From: an uncultured Gemmatimonadaceae bacterium
Lineage (GTDB): Bacteria; Gemmatimonadota; Gemmatimonadetes; Gemmatimonadales; Gemmatimonadaceae
Assembly: GCA_963740355.1 (NCBI GenBank)
Contig: CAVUDW010000002.1
Location: 2,176,001-2,240,000 of the forward strand
Length of the DNA: 64,000 bases
Reading direction: 5' to 3'
The notes below the pieces were generated by a model. The model saw only the letters and a program-made list of their open reading frames with translations, did no database searches and had not been told where the DNA came from. Positions within the stretch are counted from its first letter, which is position 1. Each line of letters begins with the position of its first letter. The position numbers and the translations under genes are program-made. This document shows, in pieces, positions 19,667 through 29,325 of this stretch.

Positions 19667-21237
19667 GACGTAGCGCTCGGGAGTACAGTGGCTGCGGCTG
19701 ACGCCGGAGCCGGTGGCAGCCGCCGAGACACCGGGGCGCGCTGCGGGAGCAGAATAGTGAACGTGGTACCCACGCCAACCTCCGAAGACACGGACACCGA
19801 GCCGCCGTGCGCCTCGACTATCCCCCTGACGATCGCAAGGCCGAGTCCGGTACCAGCGACGCTCGTCGCCTCCTGGTTCCCGGCCTGGAAGAACTTGCGG
19901 AAGACGTGGGGGAGTTCCGGGGCGGGGATGCCGACGCCGCTGTCACGCACTTCCAGCCGAACGGCGCCTGGCTCGCCGTCACCGTGAAGGGCCACCACCC
20001 CGCCGCGTGGCGTGAACTTGCAGGCATTCGTGACCAGATTGCCGATCGCCTCGATCATCCGGTCACGATCCCACCAGACTTCGGCCGGCATCCCGGCAGC
20101 GGCCGTCACCGAAAAGGTGATCCCTCGCTGATGCGCCAGCACGCCGAGTGAATTCTCGAGCTCGGCAAAGAACGCCTTGATGTTGAGCGGGCCGGGCTTC
20201 AGCGTCGCGCCGCCCGCGTCGTACTTCGAGACGTCCAGCAGCTGGCGCACGAGGCGGTTCAGCGAGTGACTCTGGCGTTCCAGCGTATGAATCACCTCGC
20301 GCTGCTTGTCGTTCAGCGGCCCGTAGACCCCGTCGTCGAGCAGGGTCAGGTAGCCCAGAATCACGTTCAGCGGCGTCTTCAGCTCGTGCGACGCCATCGA
20401 CACGAATTCCGCCTTCAGCCGATCCAGTTCGCCCAGTCGCTGCGCCATGGCCGCGTAGCTCTCCGCCAATCGCCCGAACTCGTCGCGACGGCGTGACGCG
20501 ATCTCGAGTTTGTGATCGAATTGGCCCGACGCGACACGCTCCATGCCGTACTGGAGGTCGGCCACTGGTCGTGCGATGCTGAAGATGATCCACGCCGCCA
20601 CGATCGTGGCGAAGGCGAGGGCGAGCAGGAGCGCGTAGAGCGACACTTTCCGCGCCTGCGCCGTCTCTTCTCCTGCACCGCGGACACGCGACGCCGTTTC
20701 CAGACGCAGGCGCGTTTCGGCATCACCAATCGCGTCGGCCAGCAGCGCCAGGCCCGGGCGAACCTTCTGGGTGGAGAGTGTGTCCACCAGTTCGTAGTTA
20801 CCGCTCAACATCGCGTTGATGCTGTTCGCCGTGCGATTCTGCACTTCGGTCACCGCAGAATCGACGCTCGAGAATGACGCGGCCGCCGTCAGTTGCTTGA
20901 GCGAGTCGGCCAGCAGTCGCAGGTCGGAGACGGCCCCGCGCAGGTCGGGGGCGCCCGTCGTATCGCGCAGGCCACTGATCTTGTCATCGGCACGACGCAC
21001 CAGGTCGGCCGTGGTGCGCAATCGGCCCAGCAGCAACGACGCCTTGAAATCCTGGCTCTGCAGCTGCTCGATGTCCGAATACAGGCGTTTCAACGAGAAG
21101 CGCGTGACGACCAGCGGTGCCACCAGGATCGCTGCCAGCATCAACATGCCGGCCACGAGGCGCACGCGAAGGCCAACGCCGCGACTGTTCGTCACGGGTT
21201 GTGGTGATGGCTTCGGACTATGAAAGACAGGGCTCAC
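19663..21237 (-). CDS. membrane sensor histidine kinase (TM-periplasmic-TM-HAMP-HisKA-HATPase)
   Basis: SHELKTPL H-box, NLVTNACKF N-box, DSGVGI, GTGLGL, HAMP (RRDEFGRLA). Start codon uncertain (GTG 21237 or downstream). Confidence 0.92.
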   Translation of the reverse strand: MSPVFHSPKPSPQPVTNSRGVGLRVRLVAGMLMLAAILVAPLVVTRFSLKRLYSDIEQLQSQDFKASLLLGRLRTTADLVRRADDKISGLRDTTGAPDLRGAVSDLRLLADSLKQLTAAASFSSVDSAVTEVQNRTANSINAMLSGNYELVDTLSTQKVRPGLALLADAIGDAETRLRLETASRVRGAGEETAQARKVSLYALLLALAFATIVAAWIIFSIARPVADLQYGMERVASGQFDHKLEIASRRRDEFGRLAESYAAMAQRLGELDRLKAEFVSMASHELKTPLNVILGYLTLLDDGVYGPLNDKQREVIHTLERQSHSLNRLVRQLLDVSKYDAGGATLKPGPLNIKAFFAELENSLGVLAHQRGITFSVTAAAGMPAEVWWDRDRMIEAIGNLVTNACKFTPRGGVVALHGDGEPGAVRLEVRDSGVGIPAPELPHVFRKFFQAGNQEATSVAGTGLGLAIVRGIVEAHGGSVSVSSEVGVGTTFTILLPQRAPVSRRLPPAPASAAATVLPSATS

Positions 21238-21269
21238 TGAAATCGCGTAGGCGTCGGTGCTGCAATGCG

Positions 21270-21298
21270 TTGACTCGCATTCCAGCCATCGGTACGTT
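21270..21298 (+). promoter_or_regulatory. candidate sigma70 promoter of asnS
   Basis: TTGACT-17 bp-TACGTT, 35 bp upstream of the ATG. Confidence 0.55.
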
Positions 21299-21332
21299 GC
21301 CCCCAATCTTGCGAGCGGAGCAGTTCAGAACA

Positions 21333-22634
21333 ATGACAGGTCAGATGGAATACATCGCGGCACTTCCCGGTGCGGCAGGCGCCACCGTCACCGTGCGCGG
21401 CTGGGTGCAGCATGTGCGGACGCAGGGCAAGGTAGCATTTCTTGTCGTGCGCGACGGCACGGGCGTCGTGCAATGCGTCTTCGTGAAAAGTCAGGTGACC
21501 CCCGAGGTGTGGGAGCGCTTCGCGACCCTCACCATCGAGACTGCGGTTGCGGTCACCGGTGAAGTGCGCCTCGAGCCGCGCGCCCCCGGTGGCGCCGAAC
21601 TCGGCGCTGTCGAGCTCACGGTGCTCGGCGCGAGCCCGGTCGACTACCCGATTCAACCGAAGGAACACGGCGTCGATTTCCTCATGGACAATCGACATCT
21701 CTGGCTCCGCGCGCCACGCCAGGTCGCGCTCATGCGCATCCGGCACGAGATCGAGCAGGCGATTCATGACTTCTTCTACGAGCGCGACTTCATTCACTGC
21801 GACACCCCGATCCTGACCGCGGCCATCGGTGAGCGTTCTGGCTTGTTCAGCACTGAGTATTTCGACGAAGGCAATGCCTACCTCGCGCAGACCGGCCAGT
21901 TGTACGGCGAGGCCCTCGCGGCCGCGCTCGGCAGGATTTACACCTTTGGCCCGACCTTTCGGGCTGAGAAGTCGAAGACGCGTCGTCACCTGACCGAGTT
22001 CTGGATGATCGAACCGGAGATGGCGTTCTACGATTTGCATGACAGCATGCAACTGCAGGAAGACATGCTCATCTACATCACGCAGCGGGTGTTGGAACGT
22101 CGGCGCGCCGAGCTGGCAGTGCTCGAGCGAGATGTGACGCATCTCGAAGCAATTGTAGGACCATTCCCGCGCATCTCGTACACCGATGCCGTCGCCACGC
22201 TGCAGCAGAAGGGCAGTGCGATCACGTGGGGTGAGGATCTTGGTGCCGAGGACGAGGCGTTGCTGGTGGCTGACTACCGTACGCCGATCTTCATCTGCAA
22301 CTATCCCAAGGAAGCGAAGGCCTTCTACATGAAGGAAAATCCGGACGATCCTCGCACCGTGTTGTGCGCGGATTGCCTGGCGCCGGAAGGGTACGGCGAA
22401 ATCATCGGCGGCTCGCAGCGTGAGGACGATTACGACAAGCTGCTCCACCGCATTCAGGAAGAAGGGCTCGAAGTCGATGCCTACGGCTGGTACCTCGACC
22501 TGCGGAAGTACGGCACGTTCGTGCACAGCGGATTCGGCCTCGGACTGGAGCGAACCGTCGCCTGGTTGTGTGGTACGCCGCACATCCGCGAATGCATTGC
22601 GTTCCCGCGCCTCATGAATCGCCTCCGTCCCTAG
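21333..22634 (+). CDS. asnS: asparagine--tRNA ligase
   Basis: OB-fold N-terminus, FRAEKSKTRRHLTEFWMIEPE, EIIGGSQRE, GFGLGLER. Confidence 0.96.
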   Translation: MTGQMEYIAALPGAAGATVTVRGWVQHVRTQGKVAFLVVRDGTGVVQCVFVKSQVTPEVWERFATLTIETAVAVTGEVRLEPRAPGGAELGAVELTVLGASPVDYPIQPKEHGVDFLMDNRHLWLRAPRQVALMRIRHEIEQAIHDFFYERDFIHCDTPILTAAIGERSGLFSTEYFDEGNAYLAQTGQLYGEALAAALGRIYTFGPTFRAEKSKTRRHLTEFWMIEPEMAFYDLHDSMQLQEDMLIYITQRVLERRRAELAVLERDVTHLEAIVGPFPRISYTDAVATLQQKGSAITWGEDLGAEDEALLVADYRTPIFICNYPKEAKAFYMKENPDDPRTVLCADCLAPEGYGEIIGGSQREDDYDKLLHRIQEEGLEVDAYGWYLDLRKYGTFVHSGFGLGLERTVAWLCGTPHIRECIAFPRLMNRLRP

Positions 22635-22663
22635 TTCCCGGTCCCTGGTTCCCGGGCGTGTGA

Positions 22664-23263
22664 TCAGTCGAGGCGCGCGGGAAAGGCTGCCGCCTTGCGA
22701 ACGACCGTCGCCTGCCACAGGTGACGGCGTTCGTGCGCCAGCAGCAGGGCCAGCACCGTCCCGAGCGCGAAGTCGAGTCCCTTGATCGTCGGCAGGCGCA
22801 CCTGCACGTGCGCCAGATCGAGCCCCGCCGCACGCTCCAGCCGAAGCTCGAATGCGCCCTGCGCGCTCCGATAGCGCTGACGCGCCTGTTCGGGGTCTTC
22901 CGAGGGAGTCGGCAGCAACGCCTTGGGAGCCCGCATCCGGAGGCGAACGGGCGGTTCCATCGTCCACACCATCAGTCGACTGATCACGTTGCCCTGAAAG
23001 GGCCGGTCACTGTAGGCCGCGTCGGCATGACCGCGGCGAATGCCGTCGTCGATTGCCGGCAGGTAGAGCATGGTGATGTTCGCCAGGTGCGAACAGATCT
23101 CGGCCAACCCCCACTGCGCCTCGCTCGGCCGCCACGCCAACTGCGCGCCGGAGAGCCCATCCAGCAGCGCCAGCGCCGTTTCGCGGTTCACCGAAAGCTC
23201 GCGAAAAAACGGCTGCATCGTCGTCAGCGACCGCGGGGGCGAGACGGTGTTCGGCTGGCTCAT
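22664..23263 (-). CDS. DinB/YfiT-family protein
   Basis: WRPSEAQWGLAEICSHL and C-terminal HERRHLWQA metal-binding motifs. Confidence 0.85.
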   Translation of the reverse strand: MSQPNTVSPPRSLTTMQPFFRELSVNRETALALLDGLSGAQLAWRPSEAQWGLAEICSHLANITMLYLPAIDDGIRRGHADAAYSDRPFQGNVISRLMVWTMEPPVRLRMRAPKALLPTPSEDPEQARQRYRSAQGAFELRLERAAGLDLAHVQVRLPTIKGLDFALGTVLALLLAHERRHLWQATVVRKAAAFPARLD

Positions 23264-24021
23264 CCGCCGGCCTTCTTCACATCGTCCCACAGGACATCCA
23301 GCTCGGCCAGCGACGCCGTGCCGACATGTACGCCACGTTCGGCGGCGAGCTTCTCGACGGCCGAGAACCGACGCACGAACTTCAGGTTGGCACGGTCCAG
23401 CGCCACCGCGGCGTGCACCTCGGCTTTTCGGCAGAGGTTCACCACCGCGAACAGCAAGTCGCCCAGCTCACCTTCAAGAGCGTCCTTCGCCAGTGCCGGA
23501 TCGGCGCGTGGTGTCTCGATTTCGGCCGCGACTTCGTCGATCTCCTCGCGGACCTTCGCCAGCGGGCCTGCCACGTCGTCCCAGTCGAAGCCAACGCCGG
23601 CCGCGCGGTCCTGCAGCCGATGTGCGCGATGGAGGCCGGGCAGCTCGAGCGGCAGGCCGTCTGCGAGCGATACACGCGTTTTTGCCTTCTGGCGCTCCCA
23701 TGGAATCGCCTCGCCGTCGCCGTAGAGGTGCGGGTGGCGCTTCTTCATCTTGGCGATCAGCGCACCGGCCACGTCGTACAGGTCAAACGCCTGACGCTCC
23801 TCCGCGATCACGCTGTGAAACAGCACCTGCAGCAGCAGGTCGCCGAGCTCGTCGCGCAGCATGCTGTCGCTCCCCAATCGGAGCGCATCGTCCACCTCGT
23901 GCGCTTCCTCGATGAGGTATGGCCGTAGCGACTGATGGGTCTGCGCGGCGTCCCAGCTGCACCGGGCACGCAGATCACGCATCAGCGCGAGGGTATCTTC
24001 AAGACTGGCTTTCGCTTGCAT
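23260..24021 (-). CDS. mazG: nucleoside triphosphate pyrophosphohydrolase (tandem-domain MazG)
   Basis: WDAAQTH, IEEAHEV, ELGDLLLQVLFH, second ELGDLLF domain. Confidence 0.95.
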   Translation of the reverse strand: MQAKASLEDTLALMRDLRARCSWDAAQTHQSLRPYLIEEAHEVDDALRLGSDSMLRDELGDLLLQVLFHSVIAEERQAFDLYDVAGALIAKMKKRHPHLYGDGEAIPWERQKAKTRVSLADGLPLELPGLHRAHRLQDRAAGVGFDWDDVAGPLAKVREEIDEVAAEIETPRADPALAKDALEGELGDLLFAVVNLCRKAEVHAAVALDRANLKFVRRFSAVEKLAAERGVHVGTASLAELDVLWDDVKKAGG

Positions 24022-24053
24022 CGTTACGACTGCTCCCGGTAACTTCCTAGGCT

Positions 24054-25166
24054 GTGACCGCCACTCCCGCCGACGCCCGCGCCATGAGCGCCATGCTCAC
24101 CGTGGACCTCGCCGCGGTGCGAGAGAATTATCGCCTCCTCGCGCGTCGCGCAGCGGTCCCGCTGCTTCCCATGGTCAAGAGCGACGCCTACGGCCTCGGT
24201 GCAGTCGAGGTCGCCAACGCGCTCGAGACGGAGTCGCCGGTTGCCTTCGGAGTGGCGAGCGTCGCCGAGGGACGGCAACTGCGGGCCGCCGGCATCACGC
24301 GAGCGGTGGTGGTCTTCACCCCCGTCCTGCCACACGAATTCCCGGCGGCACTGGAAGCGCGTCTCACCCTCTGCCTCTCCGAACCGGGCCATCTGGCCCA
24401 ATGGTCGGCGCTGGGCGGTCGCTGGCAGCTGCCGATCGACACGGGGATGAACCGCGCCGGCGTCGATTGGCGGGATGCCGCTCGACTTCGGTCGGTGCTG
24501 GAAGTCGGGAGCACGCCGGATGGCGTCTTCACCCACTTCCACTCGGCCGACTCCGATCCGGACTCGATGGCGGTCCAGGAGACGCGATTCGTCGGGGTGG
24601 TGGCGAGTCTCCCGACCCGGCCAGCCTCGATCCACGTCGAGAACAGTGCCGCCCTGCTGCAGCGCGGCGCGTCGCGTTTCGACTGTGCCCGACCTGGAAT
24701 CGCGCTCTACGGCGTGGCGGTCGGTCCAGCCGAGTGGACACCAAGGCCGGTCGTCAGCCTCACGGCACCGATCGTGGAATTGTTGCTGGTCGAAGCCGGC
24801 GACACGGTCAGTTATGGCGCCACCTGGCGCGCCCCGACAGACCGGCGGATCGCTACCGTCGCGCTCGGGTATGCGGACGGATATCCGCGTGGGGCGGGCA
24901 ACCGGGCGACGGCGATGGTCAACGAACGGCGTGTGCCGGTCGTGGGTCTCGTCACCATGGACATGACGATGTGCGATGTGACCGACGTGCCATGTGAACT
25001 TGGAGATCGGGTCACGCTGATCGGCGGCGACGCCGCGTCAGGCGTGTCCGCGATCGCGGCAGGCGCGAATCGTTCACCGTACGAAATCCTCACCGGATTG
25101 CGCTCTCGCAGTGCGCGCGTGCACCTCGGCATCGGACCGACGGCGTCGATCGAGGTTGCCGCGTGA
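24054..25166 (+). CDS. alr: alanine racemase
   Basis: PLP lysine motif MVKSDAYG, DTGMNRAG, RPGIALYG, VSYG, GYADG. Confidence 0.95.
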   Translation: MTATPADARAMSAMLTVDLAAVRENYRLLARRAAVPLLPMVKSDAYGLGAVEVANALETESPVAFGVASVAEGRQLRAAGITRAVVVFTPVLPHEFPAALEARLTLCLSEPGHLAQWSALGGRWQLPIDTGMNRAGVDWRDAARLRSVLEVGSTPDGVFTHFHSADSDPDSMAVQETRFVGVVASLPTRPASIHVENSAALLQRGASRFDCARPGIALYGVAVGPAEWTPRPVVSLTAPIVELLLVEAGDTVSYGATWRAPTDRRIATVALGYADGYPRGAGNRATAMVNERRVPVVGLVTMDMTMCDVTDVPCELGDRVTLIGGDAASGVSAIAAGANRSPYEILTGLRSRSARVHLGIGPTASIEVAA

Positions 25167-26332
25167 GCGGACGCGTGGCGGTGATCGTTCTCGATGGCGT
25201 TGGGTGCGGCGAAGCCGCCGATGCTGCGGCCTACGGCGATGTCGGCAGCAACACGCTCGGCCATGTACTCGCGCACGTGCCGTCGCTGTCGTTGCCCACC
25301 ATGGAGCGGCTTGGGCTGGGGCATGTCGGATCGCTGCGTGGCGTGTCGGCCGCCGCAGCACCTACCGGCGCAGTGACGGTGCTGGAGCCGAAGAGCGCGG
25401 GCAAGGACTCGACGACTGGCCATTGGGAGCTCGCCGGCGTGGTGCTCGACGAGCCGTTCCCGACCTTTCCGGCTGGCTTTCCCGACGAGTTGCTGACGCG
25501 CTTCAGCATCGCCACCGGGCGCCAGGTGATCGGCAACTGTGTCGCCAGCGGTACCGCGATTCTCGAGACGCTGGGTGCCGAGCATGTCGCGACGGGATCG
25601 TGGATCGTGTACACCTCGGCGGACTCCGTCTTTCAGGTCGCCGCACACGAAGGTGTGGTGCCGCTTGATGAGTTGTATCGAGCGTGCGAGATCGCCCGCG
25701 CGATGCTGGTCGGGCCGAACAACGTCTCGCGCGTGATCGCGCGTCCGTTCACCGGCGAGAATGGCACATGGCATCGCACCGCCAATCGTCGCGACTATTC
25801 GGTGGAGCCGGTTGCAGAAACACTGCTCGATGCGTTGGCGTCGGCGGGGGTGAATCGAACCGGTGTGGGCAAGGTGGACGACCTGTTTGCCTCGCGCTCC
25901 ATCACGTCGACGCATACGACCGACAACGCGCAAGGCCTTGCCTTGATTGACGAATGGTTGCAGCACGCAGGCGATGGTTTCCTGTTTGCGAACCTGGTCG
26001 ATTTCGATCAGCAGTTCGGACATCGCAACGATGTTGTCGGTTTTGCGGGCGCGCTGGCCGAGTTCGACGCCGCGCTGCCTGCGCTCCTCGCGTCGCTGAC
26101 GGGTGACGACCTGCTGTTCATCACAGCGGACCACGGCAACGACCCAACCACACCGTCCACCGATCATGCGCGCGAGCGCGTGCCGCTGCTGGTGGCTGGT
26201 CCGTCGGTGCGTCCGGCCGTGTTGCCCCCTCGCCAGACCTTTGCCGACCTCGGCGCCACGGTTGCCGATGCATTCGGCGTCCAGTGGCGTGGGCGTGGCG
26301 AGAGTTTCCTCGACCTGGTGCGCGCCTCATGA
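25163..26332 (+). CDS. deoB: phosphopentomutase
   Basis: VLDGVGCG, GKDSTTGHWE, YTSADSVFQ, RVIARPF, TADHGNDP, HARERVP. Confidence 0.96.
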   Translation: MSGRVAVIVLDGVGCGEAADAAAYGDVGSNTLGHVLAHVPSLSLPTMERLGLGHVGSLRGVSAAAAPTGAVTVLEPKSAGKDSTTGHWELAGVVLDEPFPTFPAGFPDELLTRFSIATGRQVIGNCVASGTAILETLGAEHVATGSWIVYTSADSVFQVAAHEGVVPLDELYRACEIARAMLVGPNNVSRVIARPFTGENGTWHRTANRRDYSVEPVAETLLDALASAGVNRTGVGKVDDLFASRSITSTHTTDNAQGLALIDEWLQHAGDGFLFANLVDFDQQFGHRNDVVGFAGALAEFDAALPALLASLTGDDLLFITADHGNDPTTPSTDHARERVPLLVAGPSVRPAVLPPRQTFADLGATVADAFGVQWRGRGESFLDLVRAS

Positions 26333-26742
26333 GTTCTACGTCAGAGCAGCTGCAGCAGCTCGAGTCGGCTGCCGAAGGTGCGATGCGTCGCGCGTATGCG
26401 CCGTATTCGAAGTTTCTCGTGGGTGCGGCGCTGCTGGGTGCCGATGGTTCGGTGCATGCGGGCTGCAACGTCGAAAACGCGACCTACCCGGCTGGCATTT
26501 GTGCCGAGCGCACTGCACTGTCGCGGGCTGTCGCCGACGGGGTGCGCGACTTCACTGCGATTGTGATCTGTACTGAGGCTGCTGTGCCAACACCGCCTTG
26601 CGGCATCTGCCGGCAGGTGTTGCACGAGTTTGCCCCGCTGCTCGAGGTGACCAGCGTCACCACTAGTGGCGCCCGACAGACCTGGCGCCTCGACGCACTG
26701 CTTCCCGCTGCTTTCGCGGCGGACCTGATGGCCACTTCCTGA
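26329..26742 (+). CDS. cdd: cytidine deaminase (homotetrameric type)
   Basis: AYAPYSKF, GCNVEN, CAERTA, PPCGICRQ. Confidence 0.95.
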   Translation: MSSTSEQLQQLESAAEGAMRRAYAPYSKFLVGAALLGADGSVHAGCNVENATYPAGICAERTALSRAVADGVRDFTAIVICTEAAVPTPPCGICRQVLHEFAPLLEVTSVTTSGARQTWRLDALLPAAFAADLMATS

Positions 26743-28157
26743 TGGCCGTTTCCTTTCGGCGCTCACTCGCTTCACTTCGTCCCGTTTCCGTGTCTCCTCG
26801 CCAGTTATCCCGCTGCCTGCCGTTCGCCGCGATTGTCATCGTGGCAGCGTGTTCGGAACGCCTCGATACCAGCAAGAATTGTCCGCTGCTCTGCACCGAC
26901 AATGCGTTGGTCTTCAAGGACACGACCTTTGACATCGTGCAGTTCGACTCGGCCTACACCGGCTTCACTGGCGTCGGCGAGCGCTGGCCCGCGCCCGGGT
27001 TGGCGACGTCGAACGGGACTGGGTACCTCTACGAGACGTTCGTGCCGGTGGTGAATCGCCCCGATTCGGTCGACATCCGCCAGGTCTTCCGGTTCGACAC
27101 GCTGCCCCGGACGCTGTCCGCCTCCGACACGACGCCGATCACCGCCCTCACGGACAGCAAGCTGCTGCTGGCGATCGACACCTCGCGTTCACTGATTCCG
27201 GTCGGGTCGACCACGGTGTCGCTGTATGACGTGGATGATTCGACCGTCACTGACGACACGTCGGCAGCCGCAATCGCGCCACGTTTCACACCGTCGCGCC
27301 TGATCGCTACGCGCACCTTCACGCGCGCTGATGTGATTGGTGACACGATCAATGGTTTTGGTTCGGGCTCGACGGCCCGGTCGTTCGGCATCACGATTCC
27401 GGACTCGATCATGCTGCGCCTCGTGAAGCAGCGTCACCGTGCCCGGTTCGGCCTGCGCATCACGTCAGCAGGGTCCGCAGCGCTTCGTTTCGTGGCGCCG
27501 AGTGTGCAGTCCTCCGGCCTCACGCCGCGTCTGACGTACGACCCGTCGCCCGACACTGCGGTGCTGGCATGGCTCGCGTCCACGCAGTACAACGGCACGA
27601 CCACGTCGCCGGAGCGGTTTCGTGCGCAGGCGCTGGTCTTGAAGGACCTCACGCCACTTCTCAATGACGGCTCGCTCGAAGTCGGCGGCCTGGTTGCCGT
27701 GCGCAGCCTGATGCAGGTGAAGATTCCGCGCACGTTCCTCGACACTGTCACGGTCGTGCGAGCATCGCTCGACGTCGTCCAGCGACCGCAACGCACGGTG
27801 CCCGGTGCGACGGACGGTGTGCGCGTGCGTGCACGCGTGACGATTGCCGGTCCGGGCTTCGGCGGGGATCCGCGCCGACAAGTCGAGGTGCTCGACCCGA
27901 CGCTCGAAGGTGTGCTCCTCAAATCTCTGCGTCTGGCACCAGCGGATTCCGGCGTCAAGTCGTTCGATGTCCTCGACGCGCTGAAACTCTGGATCACACA
28001 GGACAGCACGATCCCCACTGGATTCGTCCTCTATTCCGAGGGCGAGGCGTTTCAGGAACAGCGACTGGCGTTCTACTCCCGTCGCAACAGCGTTGCTGCG
28101 CTCCGTCCGCGGCTCCGCGTGACGTACACCACTCGTCGCGAAGGAGCGATCCCATGA
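26742..28157 (+). CDS. hypothetical beta-rich lipoprotein
   Basis: Lipobox IVAAC followed by CPLLC; Thr/Ser-rich beta-strand composition; ends RPRLRVTYT. True start may be downstream. Confidence 0.7.
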   Translation: MAVSFRRSLASLRPVSVSPRQLSRCLPFAAIVIVAACSERLDTSKNCPLLCTDNALVFKDTTFDIVQFDSAYTGFTGVGERWPAPGLATSNGTGYLYETFVPVVNRPDSVDIRQVFRFDTLPRTLSASDTTPITALTDSKLLLAIDTSRSLIPVGSTTVSLYDVDDSTVTDDTSAAAIAPRFTPSRLIATRTFTRADVIGDTINGFGSGSTARSFGITIPDSIMLRLVKQRHRARFGLRITSAGSAALRFVAPSVQSSGLTPRLTYDPSPDTAVLAWLASTQYNGTTTSPERFRAQALVLKDLTPLLNDGSLEVGGLVAVRSLMQVKIPRTFLDTVTVVRASLDVVQRPQRTVPGATDGVRVRARVTIAGPGFGGDPRRQVEVLDPTLEGVLLKSLRLAPADSGVKSFDVLDALKLWITQDSTIPTGFVLYSEGEAFQEQRLAFYSRRNSVAALRPRLRVTYTTRREGAIP

Positions 28158-29320
28158 TCGGTGCACGATGCTCGCGACTGTTCGCGACTGCCTTCCTGTT
28201 CGCCGCCGGTGATCTCGTCGCGCAGGGTTCCGTCGCAGGGCAGGGGTTCGGCTATCCGCCGGGGCAGTTGACCGTGCGCGCCGCCACCACTGGCGGTGGC
28301 CTCGGTGAGTTCGACCAGGCTGGCCCGCTCAATCCGGCCGCCTTGATGAACTGGGGTGTGGCTGGTGCCTATATCCAGTATTCGCCAGAGCGGCGCTCGA
28401 CCACCGTCGGCGGTGCGTCGAATACCTCAACCGTGGCTCGGTTTCCCGTCTTCGCCATCGGGCTTCCAGCGGGACCGAAGTACGGATTCGGCATCTCCAG
28501 TTCGACCTTGCTGGAGCGGAACTACTCGACGGTCACGACGCAACGTCAGTTGATTCGCAGCGATTCCGTCACCACCACGTCGGGCACCGATGCACGTGGT
28601 GCCATCAACGATGTGCAGTTCGGTGGGGCCATGCAGGTCACCAACTGGTTGCGCGTCGGCACCGCATTCCATGTCATCACGGGACAGAACCGACTCCGCA
28701 CGACGCGATCGTTCGCGCCGGATACCGGAGTGGCTCGTGTCGACACGGTGACGTACGGCAGCATCACTGAGCAGAGCACCGCAACCTACGGCGGTACCGC
28801 GCTCTCCTTCGGCGTTGAAGTCTCGCCGACCAAGCGCCTCAGCCTTGCTGGCTCCGGCCGGATGGGCTTCGGCATGCGTGCCGACCTCAATGACTCGACG
28901 CGACTGAACGCCGATGTGCCGAACCGCGCTGGTGCTGCAGTGCGATGGGAAATTGGTGGCGGCAACCTCGCGGCCCGCTACAACTGGGAAGGGTGGTCAG
29001 CGATGCGTGATCTCGGTGCCGCCGCAAACGGTGTGTTCGACACCAAGGAGTACGGGGTCGGTGCCGAATTGCCAGGGCCGAAAATCCGTGGTGGCCAGAT
29101 GCTGTTGCGGCTCGGTGCTCGGAGCCGTGACCTCCCGTTCGGTGTTGCGGGACGGCAGCCGAAGGAGACGATTCTCGGCGGTGGTCTCGGGTTCCCGCTC
29201 GCATTCGGTCGCGCGCAGATGGATTTTGGCCTCGAGCGCGCGTCGCGTACCGTGCCGGGCCTGGACACCGTCAAGGAACGTGGCCTGATCCTGTCGTTCG
29301 GCTTTCGCCTCCGCACCTGA
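28154..29320 (+). CDS. putative outer-membrane beta-barrel protein (FadL/OmpP1-like)
   Basis: Signal peptide, N-terminal GGGLG...LNPAAL resembling the FadL hatch/NPA motif, alternating amphipathic strands, C-terminal LSFGFRL. Confidence 0.65.
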   Translation: MIGARCSRLFATAFLFAAGDLVAQGSVAGQGFGYPPGQLTVRAATTGGGLGEFDQAGPLNPAALMNWGVAGAYIQYSPERRSTTVGGASNTSTVARFPVFAIGLPAGPKYGFGISSSTLLERNYSTVTTQRQLIRSDSVTTTSGTDARGAINDVQFGGAMQVTNWLRVGTAFHVITGQNRLRTTRSFAPDTGVARVDTVTYGSITEQSTATYGGTALSFGVEVSPTKRLSLAGSGRMGFGMRADLNDSTRLNADVPNRAGAAVRWEIGGGNLAARYNWEGWSAMRDLGAAANGVFDTKEYGVGAELPGPKIRGGQMLLRLGARSRDLPFGVAGRQPKETILGGGLGFPLAFGRAQMDFGLERASRTVPGLDTVKERGLILSFGFRLRT

Positions 29321-29325
29321 CCGCG

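Noticed and set aside
21234..22967. 577-aa ORF antisense to asnS
   Set aside because: Shadow ORF of the synthetase; no independent evidence.
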